From Frankiales bacterium (GTDB lineage: Bacteria; Actinomycetota; Actinomycetes; Mycobacteriales; SCTD01), in NCBI GenBank assembly GCA_025465465.1, contig JAODND010000036.1, forward strand, positions 5,145 through 69,144: a stretch of DNA of 64,000 nt. Direction: 5' to 3'. The translations under genes and the position numbers were made by a program. Below the pieces are notes generated by a model. It was not told the DNA's origin, made no database searches, and saw only the letters and a list, made by a program, of their open reading frames with translations. This document shows, in pieces, positions 8,983 to 17,406 of this stretch (positions are counted from its first letter, which is position 1; each line of letters opens with the position of its first letter).

Positions 8983-9459
8983 TCAGACCTGCTGGATCAG
9001 CTCGAACTTCCACTGCCCCGTGATCTTGGGGACGTCCGTGGCGCTCGCCGGCACGTGGTCGACGGTGCGCACCTCGAGCCGGATGAGGCCGGCAGTCGGT
9101 CGTCCGGTGAACACCACGTTCGGCAGCGCGAAGTAGTGCTTCGTGTTGATTCCGGTGATGTTCTGCTTCGCGTCGACGTCGTAGAGGTACCAGCCTGGAT
9201 GGGTCAGGTCGCTGTCGACGTCGATGCCGACGAGGTCGCCGTCACGGACCCGGATGATCTCGTCGTGCGTCGGGCCGGTCCCGGGGCACTCGTTGCCGCT
9301 GACGAGAGTCCCGCGCCCGCCGCACCACTGTTGCGCCTGGAAGTGCTTCGCCACGCCGTTCGTGACCACGGTGATGCCCGGCGACGGCTTCTGGCAGGAA
9401 GCGACGGACAGCAGCAGGACCGCACCGAGACCGAGATGGACGAGACGTCGGGCGGACAT
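8983..9459 (-). CDS. DUF2771-like lipoprotein
   Basis: An ATG at 9459 gives MSARRLVHLGLGAVLLLSVASCQKP, a signal peptide plus lipobox. The longer track ORF adds an implausible N-terminus. Confidence 0.65.
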   Translation of the reverse strand: MSARRLVHLGLGAVLLLSVASCQKPSPGITVVTNGVAKHFQAQQWCGGRGTLVSGNECPGTGPTHDEIIRVRDGDLVGIDVDSDLTHPGWYLYDVDAKQNITGINTKHYFALPNVVFTGRPTAGLIRLEVRTVDHVPASATDVPKITGQWKFELIQQV

Positions 9460-9613
9460 GCGGGTGCTCCTGGAGACGTGGTGGACTGTGCAGGTGCCAG
9501 GGATGCGTCGGAGGCTGCGCGGACTGACCTCGAAGGTATCGGGAGCCGTTGCCCCTCCTCCTGCTGCGCGGGCCGAGCCACAGATCAGCGACACTGGATC
9601 CGTGCCTGATCTC

Positions 9614-10369
9614 ATGGACGCCAGCCTCCGGGACGCCGTCGACCTCGCGCGCGCGGTTGCGGTCGAGATCGGCGGGAGCGCCGTGGGCGACTACCTCGGT
9701 GCCGAGCTCGAGGACGAGCTCGTCGTCACGCACTCGTTCGCGACCACCGACAAGGCCTATGTCGGCTGGCGCTGGAGCGTCACGGTCGCTCGCGCGGACG
9801 GCAGCGACGAGGTCACCGTCGACGACGTGGTGCTGCTCCCTGGAGCGGGTGCGCTGATCGCGCCGGCCTGGGTCCCGTGGAGCGAGCGCGTGCAGCCGGG
9901 CGACCTCGCCCCCGGTGACCTGCTGCCGCCGGCCCCGGACGACCCGCGCCTCGTCCCGGCGTACACCGACACGACCGATGAGCTCGCCGCCGCGGCCTTC
10001 TGGGAGCTCGGCCTGGATCGTCCCCGAGTGCTCGGGCTCGAGGGCCGGCTCGACGCCGCGGACCGCTGGTACGAGGGCGAGCCCGGCCCTTTCAGCGCGA
10101 TGGCCAAGCAGGCCCCGGGCCAGTGCCTGGACTGCGCGTTCCGGCTGCCGCTCGCCGGGGGGCTGAGTGCGCTGTTCGGTGTCTGCGCCAACGCCTTCGC
10201 GCCCGACGACGGCAAGGTCGTCGCCCTCGACCACGGCTGCGGAGCGCACAGCGAGACCGCGGTCGACACGAGCCAGACCGCCGGGATGGTCGTCGAGGAC
10301 GAGGAGCTCGAGCTGGTCGTCGTCGCGCCGTCGCCCGACGACGAGACCCCGGACGGGCACGCCAGCTGA
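9614..10369 (+). CDS. DUF3027 domain protein (C-terminal Cys cluster)
   Basis: ATG at 9614 (MDASLRDAVDLARAVAVEIGG...). The C-terminal CLDCAF...CANAF...HGCGAHSE pattern matches the family conserved next to csp genes in actinobacteria. Confidence 0.65.
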   Translation: MDASLRDAVDLARAVAVEIGGSAVGDYLGAELEDELVVTHSFATTDKAYVGWRWSVTVARADGSDEVTVDDVVLLPGAGALIAPAWVPWSERVQPGDLAPGDLLPPAPDDPRLVPAYTDTTDELAAAAFWELGLDRPRVLGLEGRLDAADRWYEGEPGPFSAMAKQAPGQCLDCAFRLPLAGGLSALFGVCANAFAPDDGKVVALDHGCGAHSETAVDTSQTAGMVVEDEELELVVVAPSPDDETPDGHAS

Positions 10370-10424
10370 GCTTCGCCCGAGCGGAAGCAGACCTCGACCC
10401 GGTGTGACGAAGTACCGTTCTGGT

Positions 10425-11531
10425 ATGGGTCTCCTCAACAAGCTCAAGGGCGAGTTCGTCGACATCGTCGAGTGGACGGACGACACCCGCGACACGATCG
10501 TCTGGCGCTTCCCGCGCTATGACAACGAGATCAAGAACGGCGCCCAGCTCGTCGTCCGCGAGAGCCAGGTCGCGGTGTTCGTCAACGAGGGCCAGATCGC
10601 TGACGTCTTCGTGCCGGGGACCTACAGCCTCGAGACGAAGAACCTGCCGATCCTCACCACCCTCAAGGGCTGGAAGTACGGCTTCAACAGCCCCTTCAAG
10701 GCCGAGGTCTACTTCGTCAGCACCCGCCAGTTCACCGACCAGAAGTGGGGCACGCAGAACCCCGCGATGATGCGCGACACCGACTTCGGCATGGTCCGGG
10801 TGCGGGCGTTCGGCACCTACACGATCAAGGTCGACGACCCTGCCGTCCTGCTTCGCGAGCTGGTCGGCACGGACCCGCGGTTCCAGACGGAGGAGGTCGC
10901 GGAGTTCATCCGCCAGTCGGTGGTGGCGCGCGTCGTCACCGCGCTGGCGACCTCGGGCGTCGCCGTGCTCGATCTGGCAGCGCATCAGAACGAGATCGCC
11001 GACCGGCTGGCGCCCATCATCAGCGAGGACCTCAAGCACCTCGGCCTGACGATGCCGCGGTTCGTCATCGAAAACGTCTCGCTGCCGCCGGAGGTCGAGG
11101 CGGCCATGGACAAGCGCACCTCGATCGGGGTGATGGGAGACCTCGACACCTACACGAAGTACGAGGCCGCGACCGCCATCGGTGACGCCGCGAACAACCA
11201 GAGCGGCATCGCCGGCGCTGGTGTCGGGATCGGTGCGGGTGCCGCCCTCGGCGCCCAGCTGGCCCATGCGCTCCAGCCCACCGCCGTACCCGCTCCGGCC
11301 CCTGCCGCCGGCGCTGGGGCCGCCGCCCCGCCGCCGCTCCCCGGCACCACCCAGTGGTATGTCGGGGAGGCCGGTCAGCAGGTCGGGCCGCTGTCCCCCG
11401 CAGAGGTCGTGGGTCGTCCTGGCATCACCGCTGACACCCTCGTCTGGAAGGCCGGGATGGCGAGCTGGACCCGGCTCGGCGACGTGGCAGAGCTCGCTGG
11501 TGCGGCGCCTCCGCCGCTGCCGCCCGCGTGA
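10425..11531 (+). CDS. SPFH/Band-7 domain protein (COG4260, B. subtilis YdjI-like) with C-terminal GYF_2 domain
   Basis: ATG at 10425 gives MGLLNKLKGEFVDIVEWTDD...VRESQVAVFVNEGQIADVF...GWKYGFNSPFKAEVYF. An Ala/Gly/Pro linker follows, then WYVGEAGQQVGPLSPAEV...LVWKAGMASWTRLGDVAEL. Confidence 0.85.
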   Translation: MGLLNKLKGEFVDIVEWTDDTRDTIVWRFPRYDNEIKNGAQLVVRESQVAVFVNEGQIADVFVPGTYSLETKNLPILTTLKGWKYGFNSPFKAEVYFVSTRQFTDQKWGTQNPAMMRDTDFGMVRVRAFGTYTIKVDDPAVLLRELVGTDPRFQTEEVAEFIRQSVVARVVTALATSGVAVLDLAAHQNEIADRLAPIISEDLKHLGLTMPRFVIENVSLPPEVEAAMDKRTSIGVMGDLDTYTKYEAATAIGDAANNQSGIAGAGVGIGAGAALGAQLAHALQPTAVPAPAPAAGAGAAAPPPLPGTTQWYVGEAGQQVGPLSPAEVVGRPGITADTLVWKAGMASWTRLGDVAELAGAAPPPLPPA

Positions 11532-12619
11532 CGACGGCCTCCACCGGGCAGCATCAGTACGCCTGCTCCTCCTGCGGAGCCGCGCTCGAGTTCAAGCCCG
11601 GCACGTCAAGCATGGTCTGCCCCTACTGCGGGGCGACGGTCGCGATCACCGCGTCGACCGACAGCACCAAGCACGACTACGTCGCCTATGCGAACGCGCC
11701 GCACCCGCCGGTCGAGACGCTGCCGGCGTTCACGGTGTCGTGCCGCAACTGCGGCAGCTCCCAGACCACGACGGCGATTGCCGGGCGGTGCCAGTCGTGT
11801 CGAGGCGCGATCGTCGTGACGGACGACCTGGGCGGGCAGCTGAAGGCACCGGACGGGGTGGTGCCCTTCGCCATCGACGACAAGCGGGCGGCAGGCTGCT
11901 TCAAGGACTGGGCGTCGTCCCGGTGGTTCGCGCCCAACGCGTTCAAGAAGGTCGGGACCGCGGAGTCGATGCGCGGCGGCTACCTGCCGCACTGGTCCTT
12001 CGACGACAAGACCACGACCGACTACACCGGTGAGCGCGGCGAGCACTACTACACGACCGAGACCTACACCGAGAACGGTCAGACGCACACGCGACAGGTG
12101 CAGCACACCGCTTGGTACCCCGCGTCGGGACGGGTGCAGCGCGAGTTCGTCGACGTCCTGGCGCCCGGCGTGACGGTTCCGGACCGGGACACCCTCGACG
12201 ACCTGGGACCGTGGTCGACCGCCGGGGCCACCGGCTACGAGTCGGAGTACCTGGCCGGGTACGACGTGCCGCGCTACTCCGTCATGGCCGACGCGGGCTT
12301 CGTCGACGCCAAGCAGGAGATGGCCAGGGTCATCGAGGACGACTGCCGCGCCGACATCGGCGGCGATGAGCAGCGCGTCGAGTCGATGACGACCGCCGAC
12401 GCCAACCTGCTGTTCCGGCTGCTGCTGCTCCCGCTGTGGTTCGCGACCTACGTCTTCGCGGGCGCGACGTACCACGTCTACGTCAACGCCAACACCGGCA
12501 AGGTCATCGGCGACCGGCCCTACTCGAAGGTGAAGATCGCCTTCGCCGTCCTCGTCGGGCTGCTGGTCGCGGGCGCGATCGCCTACGTCTACGTCCGGAG
12601 CCGCTCCTCCGGTGGGTGA
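11528..12619 (+). CDS. double zinc-ribbon protein with C-terminal TM segments (YdjG-like partner of the SPFH protein)
   Basis: GTG at 11528 overlaps the upstream stop (GTGA). There are two CxxC...CxxC ribbons (CSSCGA..CPYCG; CRNCGS..CQSCRG) and a hydrophobic C-terminus. Confidence 0.7.
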   Translation: MTTASTGQHQYACSSCGAALEFKPGTSSMVCPYCGATVAITASTDSTKHDYVAYANAPHPPVETLPAFTVSCRNCGSSQTTTAIAGRCQSCRGAIVVTDDLGGQLKAPDGVVPFAIDDKRAAGCFKDWASSRWFAPNAFKKVGTAESMRGGYLPHWSFDDKTTTDYTGERGEHYYTTETYTENGQTHTRQVQHTAWYPASGRVQREFVDVLAPGVTVPDRDTLDDLGPWSTAGATGYESEYLAGYDVPRYSVMADAGFVDAKQEMARVIEDDCRADIGGDEQRVESMTTADANLLFRLLLLPLWFATYVFAGATYHVYVNANTGKVIGDRPYSKVKIAFAVLVGLLVAGAIAYVYVRSRSSGG

Positions 12620-13817
12620 GAACGTGTTCTACCGTCGTGACGTGGACCTCGACTACGGCGTGATCGACGCGGACAACCACTACTACGAGGCGCTGGACGC
12701 CTTCACGCGGCACCTCGACCCGCGACACGGCGATCGGGTCATCCAGTGGTGCGAGGTCAACGGCCGGAGGTATCACGTGGTCGGCGGTCGCGTGAACCAC
12801 GCGGTCGTCAACCCGACCTTCGACCCGGTCAGCCTGCCCGGCGCGATGGTCGACTACTTCCGCGGCAACCCCGACGGCCGCAACCCGCTGGACTTCCTGC
12901 GCGAGCGCGAGCCGATCCGGCCCGCCTACCGCGATCGCGACGCCCGGCTCGTGGCGATGGACGAGCAGGGCGTGCAGCAGATCTGGCTCTACCCGACCCT
13001 CGGGATGCTCTATGAGGAGGAGCTCAAGCACGACCCCGGCGCTGTGTCGCTGATGGTCACTGCCTTCAACCGCTGGATCGAGGAGGACTGGGGCTACGGC
13101 TACCAGGGCCGGATCTGGGCGGCTCCTTACATCTCGCTCGCCGAGGTGGACGTCGCCGTCGCCGAGCTCGAGCGGGCGGTCTCACTCGGCGCGCGCTCGG
13201 TCGTCATGCGCGCCGCCGCGCCCACGACGCGCGACGGTCAGCGGCCGGCCAGCGACGAGGCCTTCGACCCCTTCTGGGCGCGCCTGCAGGAAGCAGACAT
13301 CCCGCTGGTCGTGCACGCCGGCGACGCCGGCTCGACCTGCCTGCCCGGATATGCGGGTGGCTCGTTCTCCACGTCCTTCAAGGGTGCCGGCCGACCACGG
13401 ATCACGCAGCTCACGATGGAGCGCTCGATCCACGACTTCCTCGCCTCCATGGTGTTCGACCAGCTCTTCGACCGCTTCCCGCGGCTCCGGGTCGTGAGCG
13501 TCGAGAACGGCGCGCAGTTCCTCCCCGGGCTGCTCAAGGGCCTCACCTCGGCGCATAAGAAGATGCCCGGCTACTGGAAGACCGACCCGGTCGAGCAGTT
13601 CAAGGAGCGCGTCTGGATCAACCCGTTCTGGGAGGACGACGTCCATGAGGTCCTCGCCGCGATGGGCCCGGACCGGGTGGTGTTCGGCTCTGACTGGCCG
13701 CACATCGAGGGGATGGCGTCGCCGCTCGACTATCTGGTCGAGCTCAAGGACGTCGACCCCGCCGTCCAGCGCCGCGTCCTGCGCGAGAACGCCCTGGAGC
13801 TGATGCGCCCGCAGTAG
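12612..13817 (+). CDS. amidohydrolase family protein (amidohydrolase_2 / metal-dependent hydrolase)
   Basis: 401 aa. It has VIDADNHYYE near the N-terminus and a C-terminal ...VFGSDWPHIEG... motif. The GTG start overlaps the upstream gene by 8 nt. Confidence 0.8.
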   Translation: MGENVFYRRDVDLDYGVIDADNHYYEALDAFTRHLDPRHGDRVIQWCEVNGRRYHVVGGRVNHAVVNPTFDPVSLPGAMVDYFRGNPDGRNPLDFLREREPIRPAYRDRDARLVAMDEQGVQQIWLYPTLGMLYEEELKHDPGAVSLMVTAFNRWIEEDWGYGYQGRIWAAPYISLAEVDVAVAELERAVSLGARSVVMRAAAPTTRDGQRPASDEAFDPFWARLQEADIPLVVHAGDAGSTCLPGYAGGSFSTSFKGAGRPRITQLTMERSIHDFLASMVFDQLFDRFPRLRVVSVENGAQFLPGLLKGLTSAHKKMPGYWKTDPVEQFKERVWINPFWEDDVHEVLAAMGPDRVVFGSDWPHIEGMASPLDYLVELKDVDPAVQRRVLRENALELMRPQ

Positions 13818-14415
13818 GCCGGTGCCCTTCGACGGCGGACCGCAGCAGGCTGGCCGCAGACCAGCGCATCAGCTCGGTGGCCTCGATCGCGCTGAGCCCG
13901 CCGATGTCGGTGAGCCACACCAGGGGCTCGATGCCGCACACACTCCGGACCGCCAGCACGAGGCGTCGCAGCTCGTCGTCCGGGAGCGTGCCGCCGAGCG
14001 GCTCCAGTGCCTCGGTGATCCAGCCGATGGCCCGGCCCTGCCGGAGCGGCAGGTCACCGGGGGAGTCCTCCAGCGACAGCCGCAGCATCGTCCGCTGCTG
14101 CGACTCGGTCTCCATCAGGATCCGGGTGAACTCGCGCATCACCAGGTCGAGCCGGGCGGCCACGTCCTGCGGCGGGTCGTCGCCGAGCAGCGAGGACGTC
14201 GCCGTCTCCGGGTGCGCCGCTCCGAGCAGCGCGCGCTGACTGGGGAAGTACCGGTAGGCCGTCGTGCGCGAGATGGCGGCGCGCTCCGCGACAGTGTCGA
14301 CCGTCGGCACCTTCCCCTCCGACACCAGCGACCGGGCCGCGTCCACGAGCGCGGCGCGCGTGCGGCCCTTCTGGCTCGCGCGGCCACTGTGCTCGTACGG
14401 CGTTGACACGGCCAC
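13744..14415 (-). CDS. TetR/AcrR family transcriptional regulator
   Basis: The N-terminal HTH is TVDTVAERAAISRTTAYRYFPSQRALL. The last ~25 aa are Arg/Gly-rich and overlap the convergent amidohydrolase 3' end by 74 nt. Confidence 0.8.
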   Translation of the reverse strand: MAVSTPYEHSGRASQKGRTRAALVDAARSLVSEGKVPTVDTVAERAAISRTTAYRYFPSQRALLGAAHPETATSSLLGDDPPQDVAARLDLVMREFTRILMETESQQRTMLRLSLEDSPGDLPLRQGRAIGWITEALEPLGGTLPDDELRRLVLAVRSVCGIEPLVWLTDIGGLSAIEATELMRWSAASLLRSAVEGHRPTAGASAPGRSRAGRGAGRRGRRP

Positions 14416-14431
14416 GATGGTACAGCAGTCT

Positions 14432-14457
14432 CTTCATGGTACATAAGTCCCATGAAG
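14432..14457. promoter_or_regulatory. putative TetR operator: 8-bp perfect inverted repeat CTTCATGG-N10-CCATGAAG
   Basis: It lies in the 46-nt AT-richer tetR/cupin divergent intergenic region and overlaps the cupin Shine-Dalgarno (GAAGGAGG). ATGGTACA is also directly repeated at 14417 and 14436. Confidence 0.4.
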
Positions 14458-14461
14458 GAGG

Positions 14462-14947
14462 ATGACGATGACGGAAGCCGTGATCTGCCAGCAGGACGAG
14501 GGCGCCCGGCGCTGGTTCTACGGCGGTGGAGTCCACACCTGGAAGGTCACCGCCGAGCAGTCGGGTGGCGCCTTCCTGCTCTTCGAGGACGACCTCGTCG
14601 CGGGCAAGCGCACGCCGTTGCACCAGCACCCGGATTCCGACGAGACGTTTCTCATGCTGGCGGGCGAGATCCTCGTCCACCTCGACGGCGAGGAGCTGTC
14701 CGTGGGCCCGGGCGGCGTGGCGATGATCCCGCGTGGGGTGCCCCACGCCTTCCTCGTGACCTCGCCGACGGCCCGGATGCTGTGCCTGCAGACGCCGGGG
14801 TGCGGCCAGGCCTTCTTCTTCGGCGCCAGCCACCCGCTGGCGGACTCCGAGACCGACGGTCCGGTCGACTTCGACAAGGTGATGGCGTCGGCGAAGGAGA
14901 ACGGCGGGATGGTGCCGCTGGGACCCCCGCCGTTCGCGGCCGGCTGA
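14462..14947 (+). CDS. cupin domain protein
   Basis: 161 aa with the cupin motifs HQHPDSDETFLMLAGE and GGVAMIPRGVPHAF. A strong SD lies upstream. Confidence 0.8.
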   Translation: MTMTEAVICQQDEGARRWFYGGGVHTWKVTAEQSGGAFLLFEDDLVAGKRTPLHQHPDSDETFLMLAGEILVHLDGEELSVGPGGVAMIPRGVPHAFLVTSPTARMLCLQTPGCGQAFFFGASHPLADSETDGPVDFDKVMASAKENGGMVPLGPPPFAAG

Positions 14948-15010
14948 TCGGGCTACCTCCCTGTCCGTTTCGCCCGCGTTTGCCTACAGTGGCGGGCGTC
15001 ACACCCCCGG

Positions 15011-16528
15011 GTGGCAGCTGATTCCCAGCGTCGGAAGGCCCCCACCGTGCGGCGAGCCCCTCTCGCAGTGCTCTGCACCACCACCTTGCTGCTGTCGTCC
15101 GGCTGCGCTGCCCGCTTTGCCCGCAGCGACGGCAACGACAGCACCTCGCTGTCCCAGGGCGGTCTGCCGGCGGCTCAGGGCGGGACGACCGGCGCGGCGG
15201 GTGGCACGACCGGTGGGCTGCCGCGGGCGGACAGCACCGGCGGCGTCGTCGTCGGTGGCTCCGGAGGGACCTCCGGCTTCTCGACGGGGGGCTCGACCTC
15301 CACGAGCGGTAGCTCCACCTCCGGCGGGACCAGCTCCGGCGGCGCGACTGGCACCTCAGGCGGTGCCACCTCGGGTGGCACGACCGGGCCCTCGGTGGTG
15401 CCGGCCGGAAGCCAGACGGGCGTGACCAAGACCTCGGTGAAGATCGGGCTGTTCGTGCCCAAGACGGGGGCGGCGCCGGTGCCCCCGACGATCGACAAGC
15501 AGGCGCAGAACTACTTCGACTACGTGAAGAGCAAGGGCGGCATCTACGGCCGCAACGTGACGGTCACGATCTATGACACCGGCAGCACGGAGGCCGGTGC
15601 CCGCACGGCCGTGCAGCAGGCGGTGAGCGACGGGATCTTCGCGGCGGTGTCGCTGGACCGGATCTCGGTCGAGGGAGCTCTGGTGACGGCGTTGCACAAG
15701 GCCGGCATCCCACACCTCATCAACCAGATGCCGCACGCGCAGGCGATCCCGGACGACGGGTTCTACGTCGGCACCGACCAGGTGCACAACGGCGTGCAGA
15801 TCGCCGACTACATGAAGGACCGGCTCCACGTCACGAAGGTCGGTTTCGTGGGCGAGAACGACCCGACGGCCTATCCGGCCCGCGACGCCTTCGTCGCCGA
15901 GGCGAAGCGCATCGGGCTGCAGGTCGTCCACAACGAGGTCGTCGACGGCATGGGCAACCAGTTCCTCGCCGAGGCGCAGAAGCTCAAGACCGACGGCGCG
16001 CAGTCCGTGTGGCTCTACGTCGCGCCCAACAACGCCATCAACATCAGCAAGGAGAGCCAGGCTGACGGCTATCACCCGACCTGGGTGAGCAGCTCGATCG
16101 CGTGGGGTTTCAACCTGGCGCTCACTCCGGCAGCGGGCGCCCTCGACGGTGCCCGGTCCTTCAGTCCGTGGGGCGGCCTGAGCGATCCCCGCTACGCGAC
16201 GTTCAACAGGGTCAACACCCAGGGCAAGACGACCCAGGACAAGGACATCGGACTTGCCGCGTGGGGCTTCGGCCAGATCATCTCCGCCGGGTTGCACGGC
16301 GCCGGCCCCGACCTGGGGCGCAACAGCTTCCGGGTCGCGATGCAGAACCTGCGCACCGGCACCAAGGACGTCGTGACGGGCGCCGCGATGTGCTGGCCGC
16401 CGCTCGACTTCACCGGCGGCAAGAGATACGGCAGCGGTGACCGCACCATCGTCATGAAGGTCAAGGGCTCTGGGGCCTCGGGCAACTCGGTGTGGGCCAC
16501 CGAGTCCGACTACGCGGCGAAGTACTAG
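15011..16528 (+). CDS. ABC transporter substrate-binding lipoprotein (LivJ/K-like, branched-chain amino acid type) with a long Gly/Thr/Ser linker
   Basis: It has a lipobox (LLLSSGCAA), about 80 aa of G/T/S low complexity, then a periplasmic-binding fold (KIGLFVPKTGAAP...). The start could be GTG 15011 or GTG 15047. Confidence 0.8.
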   Translation: MAADSQRRKAPTVRRAPLAVLCTTTLLLSSGCAARFARSDGNDSTSLSQGGLPAAQGGTTGAAGGTTGGLPRADSTGGVVVGGSGGTSGFSTGGSTSTSGSSTSGGTSSGGATGTSGGATSGGTTGPSVVPAGSQTGVTKTSVKIGLFVPKTGAAPVPPTIDKQAQNYFDYVKSKGGIYGRNVTVTIYDTGSTEAGARTAVQQAVSDGIFAAVSLDRISVEGALVTALHKAGIPHLINQMPHAQAIPDDGFYVGTDQVHNGVQIADYMKDRLHVTKVGFVGENDPTAYPARDAFVAEAKRIGLQVVHNEVVDGMGNQFLAEAQKLKTDGAQSVWLYVAPNNAINISKESQADGYHPTWVSSSIAWGFNLALTPAAGALDGARSFSPWGGLSDPRYATFNRVNTQGKTTQDKDIGLAAWGFGQIISAGLHGAGPDLGRNSFRVAMQNLRTGTKDVVTGAAMCWPPLDFTGGKRYGSGDRTIVMKVKGSGASGNSVWATESDYAAKY

Positions 16529-17406
16529 TGCTCAGCGCGCTCGTCCTCGGGCTGGCCTACGCATCGGCCTACTCGATGCTCGCCCTGGCCGTCGTGCTCA
16601 TCTACTCCGGCACTCGGGTGCTGTCGCTCGCCGTGGGGGAGATCGGCGCCTTCGGCCTCTACGCCGGGCTGTGGTCGCACGACAACGGCCTGCTCGGGGT
16701 CCGCCCTCCGGTGTTCGCCGCGGCGCTGGTCGCGATGCTGATCGGCGGTGTCCTGGGTCTGGTTGTGGAGCGCCTGGTCATGCGGCCGCTGCTCGGCCGT
16801 CCCGCGCTCGACAGCCTGGTGGCCACCCTTGCGGTGGCGCTGTTCCTCGCGCTGCTCGAGCTGAAGCTCTATGGCCTCGACCCGTTCCCGGCACCCTCGC
16901 CGGTGGGCGACGGCTCCGTCGAGATCGGCGGGGCCACGCTCACGGTGACCGAGATGACCCTGCTCGGTCTCGCGGCGGTCGTGGCGCTCGGGCTGTGGCT
17001 GTTCCTCACGCGCACGTCCTTCGGCCTGGCCACCCGGGCCACGACCAGCGACCCGACGGTCGCCAGGCTCCTCGGCGTCCCGGTCAACCGGGTCTACGTC
17101 TTCTCGTGGGGCGTGGCGGGTCTGCTCTCCGGCGCCGCCGCGGCGCTGCTGGCCAACCTCACGGGCTCGCTCACACCGTTCTCGTTGACCAGCGCGCTGC
17201 TGAGTGCGCTTGCCGGTGCGGTGATCGGCGGGCTGGACAGCCTGGGGGGTGCTGTCGTCGGCAGCCTGGCTGTCGGGCTGGTCAACGGGATCGTCGGCTC
17301 CCGGGTCGACCCGACCACCAGCGCCGGCGTCATCTTCGTCGCGGTCCTCGTGGTGCTCGTCGTCCGTCCCCGCGGACTGCTCGGGAGCGCCCGTGTCGCG
17401 GCGTGA
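16528..17406 (+). CDS. branched-chain amino acid ABC transporter permease (LivH-like)
   Basis: Polytopic membrane ORF. The likely GTG at 16528 overlaps the upstream TAG by 1 nt. The track start at 16492 adds a basic non-membrane N-terminus. Confidence 0.8.
   Translation: MLSALVLGLAYASAYSMLALAVVLIYSGTRVLSLAVGEIGAFGLYAGLWSHDNGLLGVRPPVFAAALVAMLIGGVLGLVVERLVMRPLLGRPALDSLVATLAVALFLALLELKLYGLDPFPAPSPVGDGSVEIGGATLTVTEMTLLGLAAVVALGLWLFLTRTSFGLATRATTSDPTVARLLGVPVNRVYVFSWGVAGLLSGAAAALLANLTGSLTPFSLTSALLSALAGAVIGGLDSLGGAVVGSLAVGLVNGIVGSRVDPTTSAGVIFVAVLVVLVVRPRGLLGSARVAA

Noticed and set aside
13744-13817. 74-nt convergent overlap of the TetR 3' end with the amidohydrolase 3' end, as a possible sign of a mis-called gene
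   Set aside because: Both ORFs have strong family motifs. The TetR tail is Arg/Gly-rich and may be non-functional read-through to the first available stop. No alternative stop exists, so I kept both calls.
15130-15400. Apparent tandem repetition (GGC/ACC/TCC-rich) that could be mistaken for a repeat element or array
   Set aside because: It is in frame inside the substrate-binding lipoprotein gene and encodes a Gly/Thr/Ser linker. There is no spacer/repeat periodicity of the CRISPR type.
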